Source: Gemmatimonadota bacterium
Lineage (GTDB): Bacteria > Gemmatimonadota > Gemmatimonadetes > Longimicrobiales > Gaopeijiaceae
Length of the DNA: 64,000 nt
Reading direction: 5' to 3'
NCBI GenBank assembly: GCA_034521595.1
Contig: JAXHMG010000003.1
Span: forward strand, 2,304,001-2,368,000
Part shown: piece after piece, positions 61,371 to 64,000 of the stretch
Position numbering within the stretch: the stretch's first letter is position 1
Layout: each line of letters opens with the position of its first letter
Notes under the pieces: model-generated
Seen by the model: the letters and a program-made list of their open reading frames with translations, nothing else
Told to the model about the DNA's origin: nothing
Database searches by the model: none
Program-made: the position numbers and the translations under genes

Positions 61371-63920
61371 TCACTGCCGCGAAAGCCCCGGACGGGGTCC
61401 GCTTCGAATGGCGGTCCCCGCCCGGGCTGCTAGCTCCGGCAGCGTGAGGTCGACCGCGTCGCGCGCATCGGCGATATTCTCCACCGCCGCTTTAATCCGG
61501 GTACCGGAGCTCACTTCGTACTCGAGACCGGCACCGAAAACGACGTACCCATCGGTCCCCTGGCCGGCCGGGATGTCTCCCTGACCGGCGACCGTCCTCA
61601 TCGCCGAAGTACCGGAGGCCGTAATCCGGCCCGTCCACGCCCCGCCTTCGATGCCCCCGGAGGCGAAGAACTGGTGGGTCGGGAGGTACGGAAGGTGATC
61701 GCCCTCCTCTACTTCGCCCCAGGGCCCGAAATCGCTTTCGAACCCGGCCTCGAAGGTCGCACGCGTGAGGGTATAGGTGGCGCGTAGCGGAAGGCGCCAC
61801 GCCTTCTCCGGATCCAGCTCCAGCTGCGTGCCCAGCGCGACCTCGACGCCCATGGTGTTCACGGCCCCGCCGTTGAAGACCTCGTTGTCGCCCTCCCCGC
61901 CCACGGAGAGCGTGGCGGTACCGAGGATGTTGTCGTAGTCGCTGAAAAAGCCCGTGACCTCGACGGAGTTGGTCGGACCGAGCGACCGAAGACCCAACTC
62001 GTAGTTCACGCTCGACTCGGGTTCGGTCTCCTCATCGGCCCCCGGCCCCGCAGGCCCGAACCCTTTGTGAACGCCTCCGTAGAGTTGGAACCGGGACTCT
62101 ACATCGTAGAGCACGCCGACGCCCGGTATCCACGCCGATATCGAGTTGCCACGCTCCCCCGTCGGACTCGTGCGCGCCTCATCGCCGGCCGCGAACGCGA
62201 CACGCTCGAGATCGATCGACTCGTAGCGCACGCCCGGAGCCACGGTCAGGTCGCCGACCTCGATGCGGTCCATGAGATGGAACGCCCACGCGGTCGCCGA
62301 GCTGATCCGGTTCGCCTGAGAGCCCGGAGCGCCAGCGGTCTCGAGCGTCATCCGGCCGTTGTCGATCGAGTACAGATCCTCGTGCTGGAAGCGGTCCTCA
62401 TCGTCTTCATGGTACCTTACCCCGAGCTCGAGATCGTGGGCCACCTCCCCGCCGAACGTCGCGCCCAGAAGCGTTTGAGCCCCCTGCGAGCGGTACTCAC
62501 GGTTGTTCGCGCGCACGTTCAGAGCGCCGACGCCGTCCTGGGAACCTCGGAGGAGCGCCATCTCCGTCGTGAACGCCTCGGGGTTCGAAAGCACGCCCGA
62601 GATCGACGTGCCGTTCACGGAGCCCAGCTTGTACCAGTTCCGTGCGAAGTCGTTGCGATACAGCGTCGTCGTGAGATCGATTCCGGTCGGGAAGCGGGCG
62701 AAGTGCCGGAGCTGCACTTGCTGATGATCCGCGTTCATCACGTCCTGCTGCGACCCGGCGTACCGGCGGAGGGGCGAAGCGGCGAAATCCGCCTCGGTCA
62801 ACCCCAGATACGTCTCGTCGGAACGCTCGTCGTAATACCCGAGCTTGAGCTCGAGCTCCTGATAGGTGGACGCGTCCAGAGAGGAGTTCACCCGCACCTT
62901 CCCGACATAGTCCTGTATGTCGAACCCGGTGTCTCCCCCGGAGTCGAGACGCTTGAAACCGTCCGACCGCGACTGATAGGTCTCGAACATCCAACCGACG
63001 TGCTCGTGTGCGTTCCCCACACGCGCTCGAAGCTGACGGGTGTCGTTCGTCCCACCGGAGCCGTCGACCATGACCGAAAACCGGTTGGGGATCGGCGTCG
63101 ACACGAGGTTCAGCGCCCCGCCGATCGTCGACGGACCGTAACGGATCTGACTCGAACCCTTCCGTACCTCGATCGCGTTCATGCGTCCGGCGACCGGAAA
63201 GTAGTAGGCTGCGGGCGCGGCGTAGGGCGCCGGTGCGATCAGCACGCCGTCCTCCATCAGCGTGATCTTCGAGCTTCGCTCCACCCCCGTCCCGCGGAAG
63301 CCGATGTTCGGGCGCAGCCCGTAGCCATCTTCTTCTTGAATGTTGACGCCCGGGACCTCACGGAGGAGAGCGTGCACGTCATCGTAGACCACGGGCCGCT
63401 CCTCGATGGACTTCGGTCCCACCACGTGGACCGACCCCGGTACACGACTCCGGTCGATCCCCTCGGAAAGCCGGGTCCGACTCATGAGCACGAGCAGCGG
63501 ATCGACCGACACCGGTGCGGCGTCGAGCGATACGTCCGGACGGCTTACGGCGTTCCTGCGCACGTCGACCGTGCGCTCCAGGACGGAATGGCCGATGAGG
63601 TGGAAGCGCAGTGTGTACGTGCCGACCTCGACCCGGTTGAAGAGAAACCGTCCCTGCTCGTCCGAGAGAACCGTGCGTCCGGCATCCACCAACTCGACGG
63701 ACACACCGCTGAGCGGCGCTCCATCCTCCTCGGCCCGAACCGTGCCACTCACCACTCCGTGACCGGCGTCCTGGGCCGCGGCATCGCCGACCGCGAGCCC
63801 CACCGCCAAGAAGACGGCGAGCAGCGTGTTGAGGGCTCCGATGCTCGTCCGTGACGACGCGCATGCGCCTAAGCTCGCCGCGAGTGCCCTGACGCTTCCG
63901 AACAAGTGCCACCCTTTCAT
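61371..63920 (-). CDS. FecA-like TonB-dependent iron receptor (C-terminus aberrant)
   Basis: 'EEDGYGLRPNIGFRG', 'RSSKITLMEDG', 'APAPYAAPAAYYFP', 'RNWYKL'; lacks the usual aromatic terminal strand. Confidence 0.88.
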   Translation of the reverse strand: MKGWHLFGSVRALAASLGACASSRTSIGALNTLLAVFLAVGLAVGDAAAQDAGHGVVSGTVRAEEDGAPLSGVSVELVDAGRTVLSDEQGRFLFNRVEVGTYTLRFHLIGHSVLERTVDVRRNAVSRPDVSLDAAPVSVDPLLVLMSRTRLSEGIDRSRVPGSVHVVGPKSIEERPVVYDDVHALLREVPGVNIQEEDGYGLRPNIGFRGTGVERSSKITLMEDGVLIAPAPYAAPAAYYFPVAGRMNAIEVRKGSSQIRYGPSTIGGALNLVSTPIPNRFSVMVDGSGGTNDTRQLRARVGNAHEHVGWMFETYQSRSDGFKRLDSGGDTGFDIQDYVGKVRVNSSLDASTYQELELKLGYYDERSDETYLGLTEADFAASPLRRYAGSQQDVMNADHQQVQLRHFARFPTGIDLTTTLYRNDFARNWYKLGSVNGTSISGVLSNPEAFTTEMALLRGSQDGVGALNVRANNREYRSQGAQTLLGATFGGEVAHDLELGVRYHEDDEDRFQHEDLYSIDNGRMTLETAGAPGSQANRISSATAWAFHLMDRIEVGDLTVAPGVRYESIDLERVAFAAGDEARTSPTGERGNSISAWIPGVGVLYDVESRFQLYGGVHKGFGPAGPGADEETEPESSVNYELGLRSLGPTNSVEVTGFFSDYDNILGTATLSVGGEGDNEVFNGGAVNTMGVEVALGTQLELDPEKAWRLPLRATYTLTRATFEAGFESDFGPWGEVEEGDHLPYLPTHQFFASGGIEGGAWTGRITASGTSAMRTVAGQGDIPAGQGTDGYVVFGAGLEYEVSSGTRIKAAVENIADARDAVDLTLPELAARAGTAIRSGPRPGLSRQ

Positions 63921-63941
63921 GATGAGCTCCACCCTGCCGCA

Positions 63942-63962
63942 ATAGTTGAGAATGACTTTCAA
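63942..63962. promoter_or_regulatory. Fur-like box upstream of the FecA-like receptor
   Basis: atagTTGAGAATGACTTTCAA imperfect dyad about 25 bp before the ATG. Confidence 0.65.
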
Positions 63963-64000
63963 TACCGTCCAGCAAGAAAGGGCGGTCGGACCGATATGTC

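Overview
GC-rich bacterial chromosomal segment. Gene content and protein style suggest Gemmatimonadota (inference only). 1-16 kb: a minus-strand housekeeping run (yebC-ruvC-ruvA//ruvB-queA-tgt-yajC-def-fmt-thiE-thiS-thiG-rsmB-PASTA-tlpA-ybbR), split between ruvA and ruvB by a 3-gene glycosylation cassette bounded by a 7-bp direct repeat. 16-27 kb: a methyltransferase/FAD-oxidoreductase/type III PKS cluster followed by two secreted amidases, divergent from a two-component system, an outer-membrane barrel and a cytochrome c'. 27-37 kb: tdh-kbl, a P-type ATPase and a mosaic accessory zone with two pairs of dispersed direct repeats and a gene fragment. 37-50 kb: a TonB-type receptor, an active plus catalytically dead M14 peptidase pair, a structured MITE-like element, and a 900-aa double ATP-grasp protein coupled to a CocE/NonD hydrolase. 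50-64 kb: a metal/vitamin uptake region containing a porin-imelysin-diheme operon and a FecA-like receptor with matching Fur-like boxes, a TonB receptor preceded by a His-rich leader ORF ending in an RAPP arrest motif, and thiC under a TPP riboswitch. Best candidates for an undescribed system are the tandem ATP-grasp/S15 hydrolase pair and the RAPP leader with a non-CxxC, His-rich sensor. No rRNA, tRNA, CRISPR array or intact transposase/integrase was recognised. All calls come from motif recognition without database searches, and many start codons are best guesses.
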